From the NCBI GenBank assembly GCA_963774265.1, contig CAVZDU010000007.1:384001-448000 (forward strand): a DNA stretch of 64,000 nt, given 5' to 3'. Positions 52,519-62,150 of the stretch are shown here, piece after piece. The notes beneath the pieces were generated by a model, which saw only the letters and a list, made by a program, of their open reading frames with translations, was not told the origin of the DNA and searched no databases. Position 1 is the stretch's first letter, and the number at the start of each line of letters is the position of its first letter. This DNA is from an uncultured Chloroflexia bacterium (lineage in GTDB: Bacteria > Chloroflexota > Anaerolineae > CG2-30-64-16). Both the position numbers and the translations under genes were made by a program.

Positions 52519-53769
52519 TTATTCCTCGGCAGCTGGGTAGCTGCCCAGCAGTTTGAGAAACGCCGTGCGGGTCAGCAAACCCAGCAGCGCACGGTTAATG
52601 GTGGCGTCTTGCCAGTGTCCTTCGAGGTCCACATAGAAGACGTAGTGCCACGGCCGGTTGCGGCGGGGGCGGCTTTCAAGCTTGGTCAGGTTGATCCCGC
52701 GTGTCGCCAACTCGCCCAGGACATGGTACAGCGCACCCGGGGTGTGCATCGTGGCGAACACGATGGATGTCTTGTTGCGTTTCGCGGGGGGCGGCTCCTC
52801 GCGGCCCAGCAGGAAGAAGCGCGTGGTGTTATCCGGGGAATCCTCGATGCCCGCATCCAGCACCTCAAGCCCGTATATCTGCGCCGCGAGTGCGCTGGCG
52901 ATGGCTGCCGCGCCAGGTTCGGGCTTGGCTGCCAGCTCGCGCGCCGCGCCGGCCGTGTCGTAGGCGACGACCCCCTCCCACCCTCGCGTGCGCAGGTAGC
53001 GCTCGCATTGCGCCAGGGCCTGGTAGTGGGAGTGAACGCGCTCGATATCGGAGACCTGCGTCCCCGGCATGGCCATCAGGCTATGCCGCACGCGCAGTTT
53101 CACCTCGCCCACCACGCGCAGGTCGTGGTCCAGCAGCAGATCGAACGCCTGGTTAATGGAGCCTGCCTGCGAGTTCTCGACGGGCAGCAGGCCGAGGGTG
53201 GCGCGGCCCTCCTCGACGGCCCTGAAGACATCCTCAAAGGTCGGGCAGGCGAGGGTGGTCACCTGGGCGCCGAAACGTTGGTAGACGGCCTCTTGCGAGT
53301 AGGCCCCCGGCTCCCCCTGGAACGCGATCGTATGGTGGATGTCGAGCAGCTGCTTGCCGTTGGCGCGTGGCTCCTCAACCTGGGGCGCGGCCTCGGGCGG
53401 AGTGAACTCCGAACTCAGGTCGGGACGCAAGCGCACCGCGTCGCGGAGGTAGATGTGGCGGACGTCGTAAATGGGGCGCTCGGTGTTCCAGTGGATGAGG
53501 GTGCGGACGGTGTGGGGCAGGCTCTCCGCCACTTCGATCTCCACCGCACTCAGAAGCGGCACGTGATGCCAGCCGAACTCGCGGGCCGCGCGGGCCGGGT
53601 ATGCGGCGTCAAGATCGGGAGTCACGGTGAAGATGGCGCTTGCAACGTCTTCAGGGTTGACGCTGTTTGCAGTCACGATGGCGGCGAGCAGCTCCTGGGT
53701 GGCCTGCAAGATCGCTTCGGCGGAATTGGACTCCACGGTGGTTGCGCCGCGGATGCCTCGAACGGCCAT
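52519..53769 (-). CDS. pheA: AroH-type chorismate mutase fused to prephenate dehydratase and ACT domain
   Basis: VRGIRGATT...LRPDL (AroH); [25 protein letters not shown]. Confidence 0.92.
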   Translation of the reverse strand: MAVRGIRGATTVESNSAEAILQATQELLAAIVTANSVNPEDVASAIFTVTPDLDAAYPARAAREFGWHHVPLLSAVEIEVAESLPHTVRTLIHWNTERPIYDVRHIYLRDAVRLRPDLSSEFTPPEAAPQVEEPRANGKQLLDIHHTIAFQGEPGAYSQEAVYQRFGAQVTTLACPTFEDVFRAVEEGRATLGLLPVENSQAGSINQAFDLLLDHDLRVVGEVKLRVRHSLMAMPGTQVSDIERVHSHYQALAQCERYLRTRGWEGVVAYDTAGAARELAAKPEPGAAAIASALAAQIYGLEVLDAGIEDSPDNTTRFFLLGREEPPPAKRNKTSIVFATMHTPGALYHVLGELATRGINLTKLESRPRRNRPWHYVFYVDLEGHWQDATINRALLGLLTRTAFLKLLGSYPAAEE

Positions 53770-53801
53770 GATAAGACCTCCTGCTGGTTTGAGTTACGAT
53801 C

Positions 53802-53837
53802 AAAAAAAAGAGCGTGGAAGCTTGGGCCTCCACGCTC
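53802..53837 (-). terminator. Attenuator terminator upstream of the aro operon
   Basis: GAGCGTGGA-ggcccaagct-TCCACGCTC-TTTTTTTT on the minus strand, 32 bp before the first start codon. Confidence 0.9.
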
Positions 53838-53861
53838 GGCTAAACTAGGCTGGACTGGGCA

Positions 53862-53963
53862 TCATCGCTGCAGCGGCACACCATTTGCAGCCGGCGGGGG
53901 GCAAAGCCGGGGCGGGCTGGTAAAATAATAGTAGAAATTGGCGCCGCTGAGCTGAGAACGCAT
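53862..53963 (-). CDS. 33-aa Phe/Tyr leader peptide
   Basis: MRSQLSGANFYYYFTSPPRLCPPPAANGVPLQR*; GAGGT RBS; lies between promoter and terminator. Confidence 0.82.
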   Translation of the reverse strand: MRSQLSGANFYYYFTSPPRLCPPPAANGVPLQR

Positions 53964-54004
53964 CGACCGATGACCTCAGGTCCGGAATCTCACGAAGTGG
54001 CGAG

Positions 54005-54034
54005 ATCATAGCACGCCGGCCTTGGATTTGTCAA
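54005..54034 (-). promoter_or_regulatory. Sigma70 promoter of the aro operon
   Basis: TTGACA, 18 bp spacer, TGcTATGAT on the minus strand. Confidence 0.75.
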
Positions 54035-54069
54035 ACCGCGAATTTTGCCACACAGGTCGCGTGCCGTGC

Positions 54070-54102
54070 AGGTGCCGGGCACTTTCAAAGTGCCCGGCAC
54101 CT
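54070..54102. repeat. REP-like palindrome
   Basis: AGGTGCCGGGCACT-ttcaa-AGTGCCCGGCACCT; a short related copy at 54366-54380. Confidence 0.85.
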
Positions 54103-54497
54103 TGTGCCATGACACCGGTAACGCTGTAACACCCAATACCTTAAGATGTGTATACCCCTTTATCAATCATTTTTGCTGAGCCAGGACGTTCTTGCAGGCC
54201 TCAAAAAAGATAGAGAGGGGGGAGTATATATCTTATGGTAGCAGGTGTTACTGTGTTACGGTGGTCCTGCACGAGGGCGTGGTCGGCCAGTCGTCACCGC
54301 CCGAGCAAGGGCGCGGCGCTGCCGACAGTCTGTGGCCCAAATGTCGAGATTTGCGACATTTGCGCAGGTGCCCGGCACCTTGAGCAATGCGGGTGACGCT
54401 GGTCCGTGATGGGCGGACGCGCCCCAGGATGCAGTCGAGCGATCCCCGGATGATGTTCACAGTCGTACGCCTACTTCTGAAAGGAGAAAGTCGAAAC

Positions 54498-54821
54498 ATG
54501 GTTGTTCGAATCTGGCACGGATGGACCACTCCGACCAACGCCGATGAATATGAGGCACTGCTTAAGGAGGAAATCTTCGTCGGCATTCAGAACCGGCACA
54601 TTCGCGGCTTCCAGGGCATTCAGCTTCTCCGGCGCGAACTCGGCGCAGAAGTCGAGTTTGTGACGATTATGTGCTTTGATTCGCTGGATGCTGTCCGGGA
54701 GTTTGCAGGCGAGGACTACGAAGCAAGTGTTGTCCCGGCGCAGGCAAGAGCAGTGCTCTCCCATTTTGATGAACGATCGCAGCACTATGAACTCAGGGCC
54801 GAGAGGAGCGGGGCAGGCTGA
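54498..54821 (+). CDS. Antibiotic biosynthesis monooxygenase (ABM)-like protein
   Basis: AAGGAG RBS; RIWHGWT, FAGEDYE, FDERSQHYE. Confidence 0.85.
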   Translation: MVVRIWHGWTTPTNADEYEALLKEEIFVGIQNRHIRGFQGIQLLRRELGAEVEFVTIMCFDSLDAVREFAGEDYEASVVPAQARAVLSHFDERSQHYELRAERSGAG

Positions 54822-55019
54822 CGCACATGACTTGTCGCTCGCGCGCTCAGCCGCGTGGGACACGCCAGGCCGAGAATAGCCACCGGTCCGGCCGCCGGCT
54901 GCGCTAACCCCATCGGCGACACGATCTTGACGCCGGTCGCACTCCTGATACAATAATTGCGGGATGGCGGCCGATTTCAGGCGCGTGACCGGTCGGGACA
55001 CCGAAGGAGATGCGACCCC

Positions 55020-55757
55020 ATGGATGCGACCCCCTCGCTGCCGGCAGAAAAGATCCGGGTGCTGATCGTGGACGATCATGCCATCGTGCGCCAGGGACTG
55101 CGGACCTTCCTGGAGTTGCAGACCGAAGGTTCCGCTCTGCCCATCGAGGTCGTGGGCGAGGCGGTCAATGGCATCGAGGCGATCGAGCTCAGCCGGCGCA
55201 CGCAACCGGATGTCGTCCTGCTCGATCTGGTCATGCCGCAGATGGACGGCATCCAGGCCACGCCCAGGATCCTCGAAAGCAGCCCTCACACACGGGTCGT
55301 CATCCTCACCAGCTTCGGCGAAGAAGACAAGGTTCTGCCGGCCATACGCGCCGGCGCGCAGGGGTACCTGCTCAAGGATATTCCGCCGGCCGAGCTGGTG
55401 CGCGCGGTGCGCGACGTGCATCTCGGCAAGGTGCAGTTGCACCCGGAAGCCGCCCGGAGACTGATGTCGGCGGTTGCGGCATCTCCGGATGCGTCATCTG
55501 CGGACGCGGCGAAGGAAGAGACGGCCAAAAGCCGCGCCGCGACCAAACCCGAGAGCGGATTGACCGGACGCGAGCAGGAAATCCTGGGCCTGATCGCCGG
55601 CGGCTTGAGCAACCGCGAGATCGCCGCGAAACTGGTCATCAGCCAAAAGACGGTCAAGACTCACGTCAGCAACATCCTCGGCAAACTGGGCCTGGCAGAC
55701 CGCACGCAGGCCGCCATCTACGCGCTGCGGCACGGCCCACCCACGGATTCGGGTTGA
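55020..55757 (+). CDS. NarL/LuxR family response regulator
   Basis: IVDDH, LLDLVMP, LTGREQEIL, TVKTHVSNI. Confidence 0.95.
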   Translation: MDATPSLPAEKIRVLIVDDHAIVRQGLRTFLELQTEGSALPIEVVGEAVNGIEAIELSRRTQPDVVLLDLVMPQMDGIQATPRILESSPHTRVVILTSFGEEDKVLPAIRAGAQGYLLKDIPPAELVRAVRDVHLGKVQLHPEAARRLMSAVAASPDASSADAAKEETAKSRAATKPESGLTGREQEILGLIAGGLSNREIAAKLVISQKTVKTHVSNILGKLGLADRTQAAIYALRHGPPTDSG

Positions 55758-56959
55758 TGCGCACAACGGGCGTCTGGTTGATCTTCGCTGCGGTGGCAGT
55801 GCGCGGGGTCGTGGTTTTGTCCGGTGAGCCCCGGTTCCTGCCGGCGATGGGATTGCTGGCCGCGTATGGCTTGCTCCTATTCGCCGCAACGTGGATCAGG
55901 CATCGCCGAAGCCCCGGGCTCCCACTGTCTCCGGGGGGCAAATGGTGGGCGCTGGCTTACCTCAGTCTTCAATTTTCCATCGTGCTGCGGCTGCTGGTCG
56001 TCTCGACATATGAGGACTTCTTCGCGAGCCTTGTCATCCCACTGGGCCTGGACGCGGTGTTCTTTTTCGGCACACGGGTCGGCTTTCTCTGTATCGCAGC
56101 CTTCTCGCTGGCGCTGATCCGCACATTGCTGTTTTCGGACGTGGGCCAGCTTTTTGGACTGGCAATGGGAGTGCTCTACAGCGGATTGTCCTTCCTGGTC
56201 GGCGGATATGCCCACCAGGTACAAAAGGCCGAAGCCAGCCAGGACCACAACCGGCGCACCTTCGACGAACTGCAGGCCGCGCACCGCCAGCTGCAAGGCT
56301 ACGCCGACCAGGCGACCAGCCTGGCTGTCGAACACGAACGTAACCGGTTGGCGCGCGACCTGCACGACTCGGTCACGCAGACGGTCTTCAGCATGAACCT
56401 GGCCGCGCAGTCCACCCGCCTGCTGCTCGATCGGGACCCGTCCCGTGCCGCGGGCCAGTTGCTCCGCCTCGAGGAGCTGGCCGCGAACGCGCAGGCTGAG
56501 ATCCAGTCCCTCGTCACGCAATTGCGCCCGCGTTCCGTGACCGACGACGGACTCCCGACCGCGCTGCGGCGCCTGGCCGCGGAACGACAGGAGCGAGACG
56601 ATCTGCAGGTCTCGCTGGAAGTCAAGGGCGAGAGAGCCGTGTCCGAAGCGGAGGCAGCCGGGCTGTACGCCATCGCGCAGGAGGCGCTGACCAACGTTGC
56701 CAAACACAGCGGTGCGCGCCAGGCAACCGTCCGTCTGGATGTGACCACGGCGGGCGCCTGCCTGGAGATCGAGGATCGCGGCGCGGGCTTCGATCTGGCC
56801 GCAGCCTCGAGCCAGCCCGGACATTTCGGCCTGGCGGGCATGACCGAGCGGGCGCGTGAGATCGGCTGGCGCCTGTCGATCGAGGCGCGGCCTCGCCAGG
56901 GCACGTGCATCCGCGTGACCGCGAATCCGTCCGGGGGTGGCCCGGGAGGTGTGCAATGA
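55757..56959 (+). CDS. Membrane sensor histidine kinase (HisKA_3 + HATPase)
   Basis: ERNRLARDLHDSV, QEALTNVAKH, DRGAGF, GLAGMTER. Confidence 0.93.
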   Translation: MRTTGVWLIFAAVAVRGVVVLSGEPRFLPAMGLLAAYGLLLFAATWIRHRRSPGLPLSPGGKWWALAYLSLQFSIVLRLLVVSTYEDFFASLVIPLGLDAVFFFGTRVGFLCIAAFSLALIRTLLFSDVGQLFGLAMGVLYSGLSFLVGGYAHQVQKAEASQDHNRRTFDELQAAHRQLQGYADQATSLAVEHERNRLARDLHDSVTQTVFSMNLAAQSTRLLLDRDPSRAAGQLLRLEELAANAQAEIQSLVTQLRPRSVTDDGLPTALRRLAAERQERDDLQVSLEVKGERAVSEAEAAGLYAIAQEALTNVAKHSGARQATVRLDVTTAGACLEIEDRGAGFDLAAASSQPGHFGLAGMTERAREIGWRLSIEARPRQGTCIRVTANPSGGGPGGVQ

Positions 56960-57738
56960 ACCGGACAGAGCCGTCGAGCGGCTACCAGGGCGGCTATCTG
57001 GTCGGCTTCGTCTTGATCGCCGTGGTCGCGCTGCGGCTTGCGCTTCTCCATCGTCCGAACCTCCTCGCCCCGATCCTGCTCCTCGCGATCTACAGCGTGC
57101 TATACAGCCTGGAACCCTGGCTCTCAAGCCATATTGGGTGGCAAAGGTTCCTGTACTTCCCTTTGCAGACCGGCATCGTGATTGCCCTGTCCAACCTGCG
57201 CCCATTCCTGGATGTGCCATCGGCTCTGTACGTTCCCCTCGGCATCCAGGTGGTGCGCACATTTCCCCGCCGTACCGCGGCGGCCTGGCTGATCCTCTAT
57301 GCTGTCCTGATGGGCGCCACCCTGCTACTCGGTATGCCCTGGGCGGAGGGTCTAGCCCTCTTGCTGCTCAACCTCGCGGTCGCCGCGTTTCTCATCTCCT
57401 ATGATCTCCTCTATTCGCGGATGCAGGCCGACCAGGCCGAAAGCCAGCGCCTGTTGACGGCCCTGCAGTCAGCCCACCAGCAATTGCAGGAATACGCCAG
57501 CCAGGCCGAGGAGCTGGCCGCAGCGCGTGAACGCAACCGACTGGCGCGCGAGCTGCACGACTCGGTCAGCCAGGTGATTTTCGGCATCTGGCTGACCTCG
57601 CAATCGGCGCGCATCCTCCTGGAGCGTGAGCCGGCCCGCGTTCCCGAACAGGTCGACCGCCTGCAGGCCATGACCGCAGGTGCGCTCGCCCAGCTGCGCT
57701 CGCTGATCGCCCAATTGCGTCCCCCTCGAGACTCCTGA
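56956..57738 (+). CDS. Membrane HisKA_3 protein lacking the ATPase domain
   Basis: ERNRLARELHDSV, ends at LRPPRDS*. Confidence 0.85.
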   Translation: MNRTEPSSGYQGGYLVGFVLIAVVALRLALLHRPNLLAPILLLAIYSVLYSLEPWLSSHIGWQRFLYFPLQTGIVIALSNLRPFLDVPSALYVPLGIQVVRTFPRRTAAAWLILYAVLMGATLLLGMPWAEGLALLLLNLAVAAFLISYDLLYSRMQADQAESQRLLTALQSAHQQLQEYASQAEELAAARERNRLARELHDSVSQVIFGIWLTSQSARILLEREPARVPEQVDRLQAMTAGALAQLRSLIAQLRPPRDS

Positions 57739-57906
57739 GATCAGAGATCCTTCGATCCCATCTGCGACCGTAGACCTACTCCTACATCTCAAGTCGCAGC
57801 GCGAAAATCCGCCTGCTGGCGCAGGCACAGTTACATCTCACGCCAGATGTGCTGCTGCCCGTCCGCGCGTATAGTAAGGACGAGGTTAACGGGAAAGGAG
57901 TCTCTC

Positions 57907-59121
57907 ATGGAACCCCAACCCACTCAGCGGCGGTATGACCTGGATTGGCTGCGCGTGCTGGCCTTCAGCGGCGTCTTCTTCTATCACTGCGCCCGCTTCT
58001 TCAACAGCAGCGACTGGGAGATGAAGAACGCCGTAACCAGCCCGTTGGTCGATATCTTCACCGGCATCTTCGAGATGTGGGGCATGCCCCTGCTCTTCGC
58101 CATCTCCGGGGCGAGCATCTTCTTCGCCCTGCGGCCTGGCGGCGCGATGCGCTTCCTGCGAGACCGTGGTCTGCGCCTGCTTGTGCCGCTGGCGCTCGGC
58201 ATCCTGGTGATGGGCCCCCCGCAGGTCTATCTGGCGCGATTGACACACGGTGACTTCGAGGGCAGTTTCCTCCAGTTCCTGCCCCTTTACTTCGATGGCA
58301 ACCCTTTCAATGGCAACTTCGCCTGGACGGGCGTGCATCTGTGGTACCTGGAATATCTTTTCCTGTTCACGCTCGTATTGACGCCGCTTTTCGTCTGTCT
58401 GAAGCGGCCGTCCGGCCTGCGCTTGCTCGCGAGCCTCAGCCGATTCTCGGTGCGGCCCGGCGCGATCTTCCTTTGGGTGCTGCCGTTCGTGGTCTTGCTC
58501 AGCCTGGTAGATCCTTACGGCCTGCTCAGGCCCGGAGTGACTGAATCCGCCGGGCGCCTGATGTACCTTCCCTTCCCGCTCCTCGGATACCTGGTCTTTG
58601 CCGACTGCAGCATCCAGCAGGCGATCATCCAGCAACGGCGTGCGGCGCTGATTCTGGCGCTGGCGCTGACGCCGGCCATACCGCTGATCACGATAGGGAT
58701 CGAGGAGTGGGGCTGGGTGCTCAACGTGCCGGGCTTCGTGCTGGTGATGGTGCTGGGTGGACTGCTTATCTGGGCCTACCTCCTGGCATTCTTCGGCTAC
58801 GGGATGCGCTACCTGACGGTCAACCACCCGGTGCTCGCCTACGCCAATGAGGCGGTCCTGCCGTTTTACATCCTGCACCAGCCGGTGATCCTGTTCGTCG
58901 GGTGCTTCGTTATCCCACTGGCGCTCCCGATCGCAGTCAAGTATCTGATCATCACCCCGCTGGCGTTCGGCATCACGCTCGGGCTGTACGAGGTCGGCGT
59001 CCGCCGGGTGAACCCGGTGCGGTTCATCTTCGGGCTGAAGCCGCGGCAACAGGCGACGCCTGCCTTTGCCCAGATCCAGGCGGGATCGAAGGTGGAGACA
59101 TCGCGAGCGACGGAAGGGTGA
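57907..59121 (+). CDS. Acyltransferase family 3 (OpgC/MdoC-like)
   Basis: RRYDLDWLR, MPLLF.ISG, HLWYL, FYILHQ. Confidence 0.9.
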   Translation: MEPQPTQRRYDLDWLRVLAFSGVFFYHCARFFNSSDWEMKNAVTSPLVDIFTGIFEMWGMPLLFAISGASIFFALRPGGAMRFLRDRGLRLLVPLALGILVMGPPQVYLARLTHGDFEGSFLQFLPLYFDGNPFNGNFAWTGVHLWYLEYLFLFTLVLTPLFVCLKRPSGLRLLASLSRFSVRPGAIFLWVLPFVVLLSLVDPYGLLRPGVTESAGRLMYLPFPLLGYLVFADCSIQQAIIQQRRAALILALALTPAIPLITIGIEEWGWVLNVPGFVLVMVLGGLLIWAYLLAFFGYGMRYLTVNHPVLAYANEAVLPFYILHQPVILFVGCFVIPLALPIAVKYLIITPLAFGITLGLYEVGVRRVNPVRFIFGLKPRQQATPAFAQIQAGSKVETSRATEG

Positions 59122-59153
59122 CAGGGTGTCGGAGGAAGCCAGGAGAGGCCGGC

Positions 59154-59537
59154 ATGGCAGACATTGACAACGCGTGCATATCCGTACTGATCGTGGACGA
59201 TGTAGCGTCCGTGCGGCGGGAGCTCCGGACGGCCCTGACCCTGTCCGGGAACATCGAGATCGTTGGTGAGGCGGCTAACGGCGCCGAGGCGGTCCGGCAG
59301 GCCGAATCGCTGGAACCGGCGGTCGTGCTGATGGACCTGGAGATGCCCGTGATGGATGGTTACGAAGCGACACGCCGGATCAAGAGCCGCTGCCCCGCGT
59401 GCCGGGTTATTGCGCTGACCGTGCACGGCTACGAGTCCGCCCGCCGGAGAGCATCCCAGTCCGGAGTGGATGGGTTCGTGGTCAAAGGCGCTCCGCTGGA
59501 GAACCTGGTGGATGTCATGTTGAAGCCGAAGGGGTAG
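59154..59537 (+). CDS. Single-domain response regulator
   Basis: IVDD, LMDLEMP, LT, VKG; no output domain. Confidence 0.9.
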   Translation: MADIDNACISVLIVDDVASVRRELRTALTLSGNIEIVGEAANGAEAVRQAESLEPAVVLMDLEMPVMDGYEATRRIKSRCPACRVIALTVHGYESARRRASQSGVDGFVVKGAPLENLVDVMLKPKG

Positions 59538-59857
59538 GCCACGGAACCCAAGTCGAGACGAAGCCGATGAAGTCGGGCTGCACGGCCGGCCTCGTTGACG
59601 GCCAGAACCAGGTACGAGCGATTGGTGGCCGGCTCGGCTACCGCGCCGAGGTCCCGAACACCCAGGCCGTAGGCCCGCATGCGATTTACGGCCGCCGCGC
59701 AGTCGCCGCCGGGGACGAAGTAAGGATTTCCTTCGGTGCCTGACACTCTGACAGGGGGATCTCTCTTACGTCATCGCAGACGCGTGAGAGTGTCAATGGG
59801 CAGTTCCTCTTCTGTGGCGGCAAGACCACCAGGTGTGCGCGCCCCCGGCCCGGCGTC

Positions 59858-60541
59858 TCAATAGGGTGGATCCGCCGGCCCGGTGTATCCGCACAAGCCG
59901 ACGCGCGGTGAATTGACCAACGGTATCGGCTCGCCGTAGTTGTCATGGGGATGTCGTTTTGCGTGTTCTGGGCACAGCGTTCCCCACTCATCGTGTTCGA
60001 TCACGCATTCCATGCACAACCAGGCGGCCGGCTGGCCGCATTCGACGCATTCATGAGGAGGCGCCACATTCCGGACCAGGAGCGTGATCGGGTGGACCGA
60101 CAGCGGCTTGCCCTTGCGCCGGCCCACAGCGCGCATGAGGGTGATGGAGGATGATCCGAAGTCGTAAATGTGGGTCAGCTCGACTCCTGGCTGGAAAACG
60201 TCCTCGATCCGGCGCCTCATGGGAATCTCATCCCCTTGCCAACCGCCAATCGAAAACTGACTCAGATGCCCGCAGCACTCCAGCCAGATCGCGCGCAAGT
60301 ACTCGTCCAGCTTCTTCAATGTGGCGAGGCCCCTTATCTCCAGGTCCAACCAGAATTCAGGCAGGCCCTCAGCCTGAACCCGAAGATGAACCAGAGTCTC
60401 GTCGTCGCGCTTTTTGCCTGCAGCCTTTGCCACGGCATCCTGCCAGTAGGTGCAGGCAGCCAGATGCCTTGCAACTCCGCTCTTGGCGGTCTCTCGCCCG
60501 CAAAAAACGCAATTACCCCTGGATTGCTTTCCGCGCGGCAT
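59858..60541 (-). CDS. Zn-finger protein with pRiA4b ORF-3-like domain
   Basis: CVFC...HLAAC, LRAIWLECCGHLSQF, YDFGSS, CVEC, NSPRVGLCGY. Confidence 0.75.
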   Translation of the reverse strand: MPRGKQSRGNCVFCGRETAKSGVARHLAACTYWQDAVAKAAGKKRDDETLVHLRVQAEGLPEFWLDLEIRGLATLKKLDEYLRAIWLECCGHLSQFSIGGWQGDEIPMRRRIEDVFQPGVELTHIYDFGSSSITLMRAVGRRKGKPLSVHPITLLVRNVAPPHECVECGQPAAWLCMECVIEHDEWGTLCPEHAKRHPHDNYGEPIPLVNSPRVGLCGYTGPADPPY

Positions 60542-60773
60542 AGGTCTCTCCTTTGTTTCAAGTACTCGTCATTGTACCACTTTTCGCAACAAGATCATCG
60601 CTGATGGAGAAGGGGCACGACCGCGCGGCCAGACGCCCGTCACCGTTTGCGCATTTCGCCCGGCTCTGCAATTGCACGTTGGGCTGCACCGCCGTACAAT
60701 AAAGCCCTGTTGACAGGTCGCGCCGACATGGCGGCGCCATCTGAAGGCGTCATCCGATCAAGGGGGGTGCGTC

Positions 60774-61316
60774 ATGGCAATTGGAGAGGCCAAATCGAGG
60801 GTCGTCGCCCGCATCTGGCAATCGATTGCGTCGAGCGGGGTGCCGGTGAACGCCATTCCGAAGGAACAGCTCGATGCGCTGGTGAACGCCATCGCAGACG
60901 GCGTGCTGCTCGCGGTGGATCATGAGCTGGCAGAGGCCGGGCTGGCCGCGCGCAGCGAGGGGGATGCGGCTGAAACGCCCTCGGCGGGGGAAAAGGTTCT
61001 GTGGGAGGGCCGGCCGTTCCTATCCCTCACCACCTTCTACCGGATCACCAACGAACGCGTGCGCGTTCGACACGGCCTGCTCGGCCGGGATTTCGATGAC
61101 ATTGAGCTCATCCGTATTCAGGACCTGGACCGCTCGCAGGGGATGGTGGAACGGATGCTCGCCATCGGGGATGTGATCATCAGGAGCTCGGACCCGTCCC
61201 GGCCCGAGTTGGTCCTGGAGAACGTGCCGGACCCCGACAAGGTGCACGAGATCCTGCGCAGCGGCATGCTGGAGGCGCGTAAGAAGTTCCGCTACAGCGT
61301 CCAGGAAGAGATGTAG
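60774..61316 (+). CDS. Bacterial PH-domain protein
   Basis: LWEGRP, YRITNER, IELIRIQD, GDV.I.SSD. Confidence 0.85.
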   Translation: MAIGEAKSRVVARIWQSIASSGVPVNAIPKEQLDALVNAIADGVLLAVDHELAEAGLAARSEGDAAETPSAGEKVLWEGRPFLSLTTFYRITNERVRVRHGLLGRDFDDIELIRIQDLDRSQGMVERMLAIGDVIIRSSDPSRPELVLENVPDPDKVHEILRSGMLEARKKFRYSVQEEM

Positions 61317-61390
61317 GGGGACGCGCGCATTTCGCATTGCGCGCGAGCCTGCCGCATCGTTGTGCGCACCGCCGGCGCGCTCACCAGTTA

Positions 61391-61424
61391 ATCGAGCAAG
61401 GTTGGCTACAAAACCTTGCTCGAT
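61391..61424. terminator. Hairpin after the PH-domain gene
   Basis: ATCGAGCAAGGTT...AACCTTGCTCGAT inverted repeat. Confidence 0.55.
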
Positions 61425-61495
61425 TTCGCCTTCGACTTCCCCGATAGGGTAAATGTCATGCCAATGCAATAACCGCCATAAAGCTGGGAAGCAAA

Positions 61496-62050
61496 ATGGT
61501 CAACGCTGAAGATGTCGTAGGTCTCTGTCGCCGCCTTTTGGACAATGGGATTCACATTTGGTTGACCGGCGGGTGGGGAATTGATGCATTGCTTGGCGAG
61601 CAGTCGCGTCCACACAAGGATCTTGATGCGATCCTGCTGCTGGACGACATGGTCCAAATGCGCGAAATCCTTAGCCGGGATGGTTATGACCTGAAGGAAC
61701 TTTGGTCGGAGAATCGCTGGGCTGTTGACAAGGCAGGCAATACAACAGCAACGGCCTTCGTCTTGCAGGATAAGGAGGGTCGTGAATTTGATGCTCATGC
61801 AATGTGTCTCGATGGGAATGGCAATGGAGTTCCTGCATGGACGGCAGACGGCGAGTTTGTCTTCAGGAAGGAAGACCTCGAAGGAAAAGGAATAATCGCC
61901 GGGCATTCCGTCAAATGCATTTCTTCTAACATGCAGGTCCATTGTCACAGAGGGTATAAGCTACCAGAGGCGCATTTGCACGATTTGGAGTTGCTTCGTG
62001 AGAAGTTCGGCGTAGAGGTTCCCGCCGGGAGGCCGCCGGGCACCTTATGA
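61496..62050 (+). CDS. Lnu(A)/ANT(2'')-like nucleotidyltransferase
   Basis: WLTGGWGIDALLGEQSRPHKDLD, G.IAG..VKCIS, H.GY motifs. Confidence 0.85.
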   Translation: MVNAEDVVGLCRRLLDNGIHIWLTGGWGIDALLGEQSRPHKDLDAILLLDDMVQMREILSRDGYDLKELWSENRWAVDKAGNTTATAFVLQDKEGREFDAHAMCLDGNGNGVPAWTADGEFVFRKEDLEGKGIIAGHSVKCISSNMQVHCHRGYKLPEAHLHDLELLREKFGVEVPAGRPPGTL

Positions 62051-62150
62051 AGGAGCAACCGCGAATCTGGCGAGAAGGCTGCGCTTCGCTTTCTTCCACC
62101 TGACGCGACTGTAGCATGTTGCCTGGCCGCGGTCCCAGCCGGCTCAGCAA

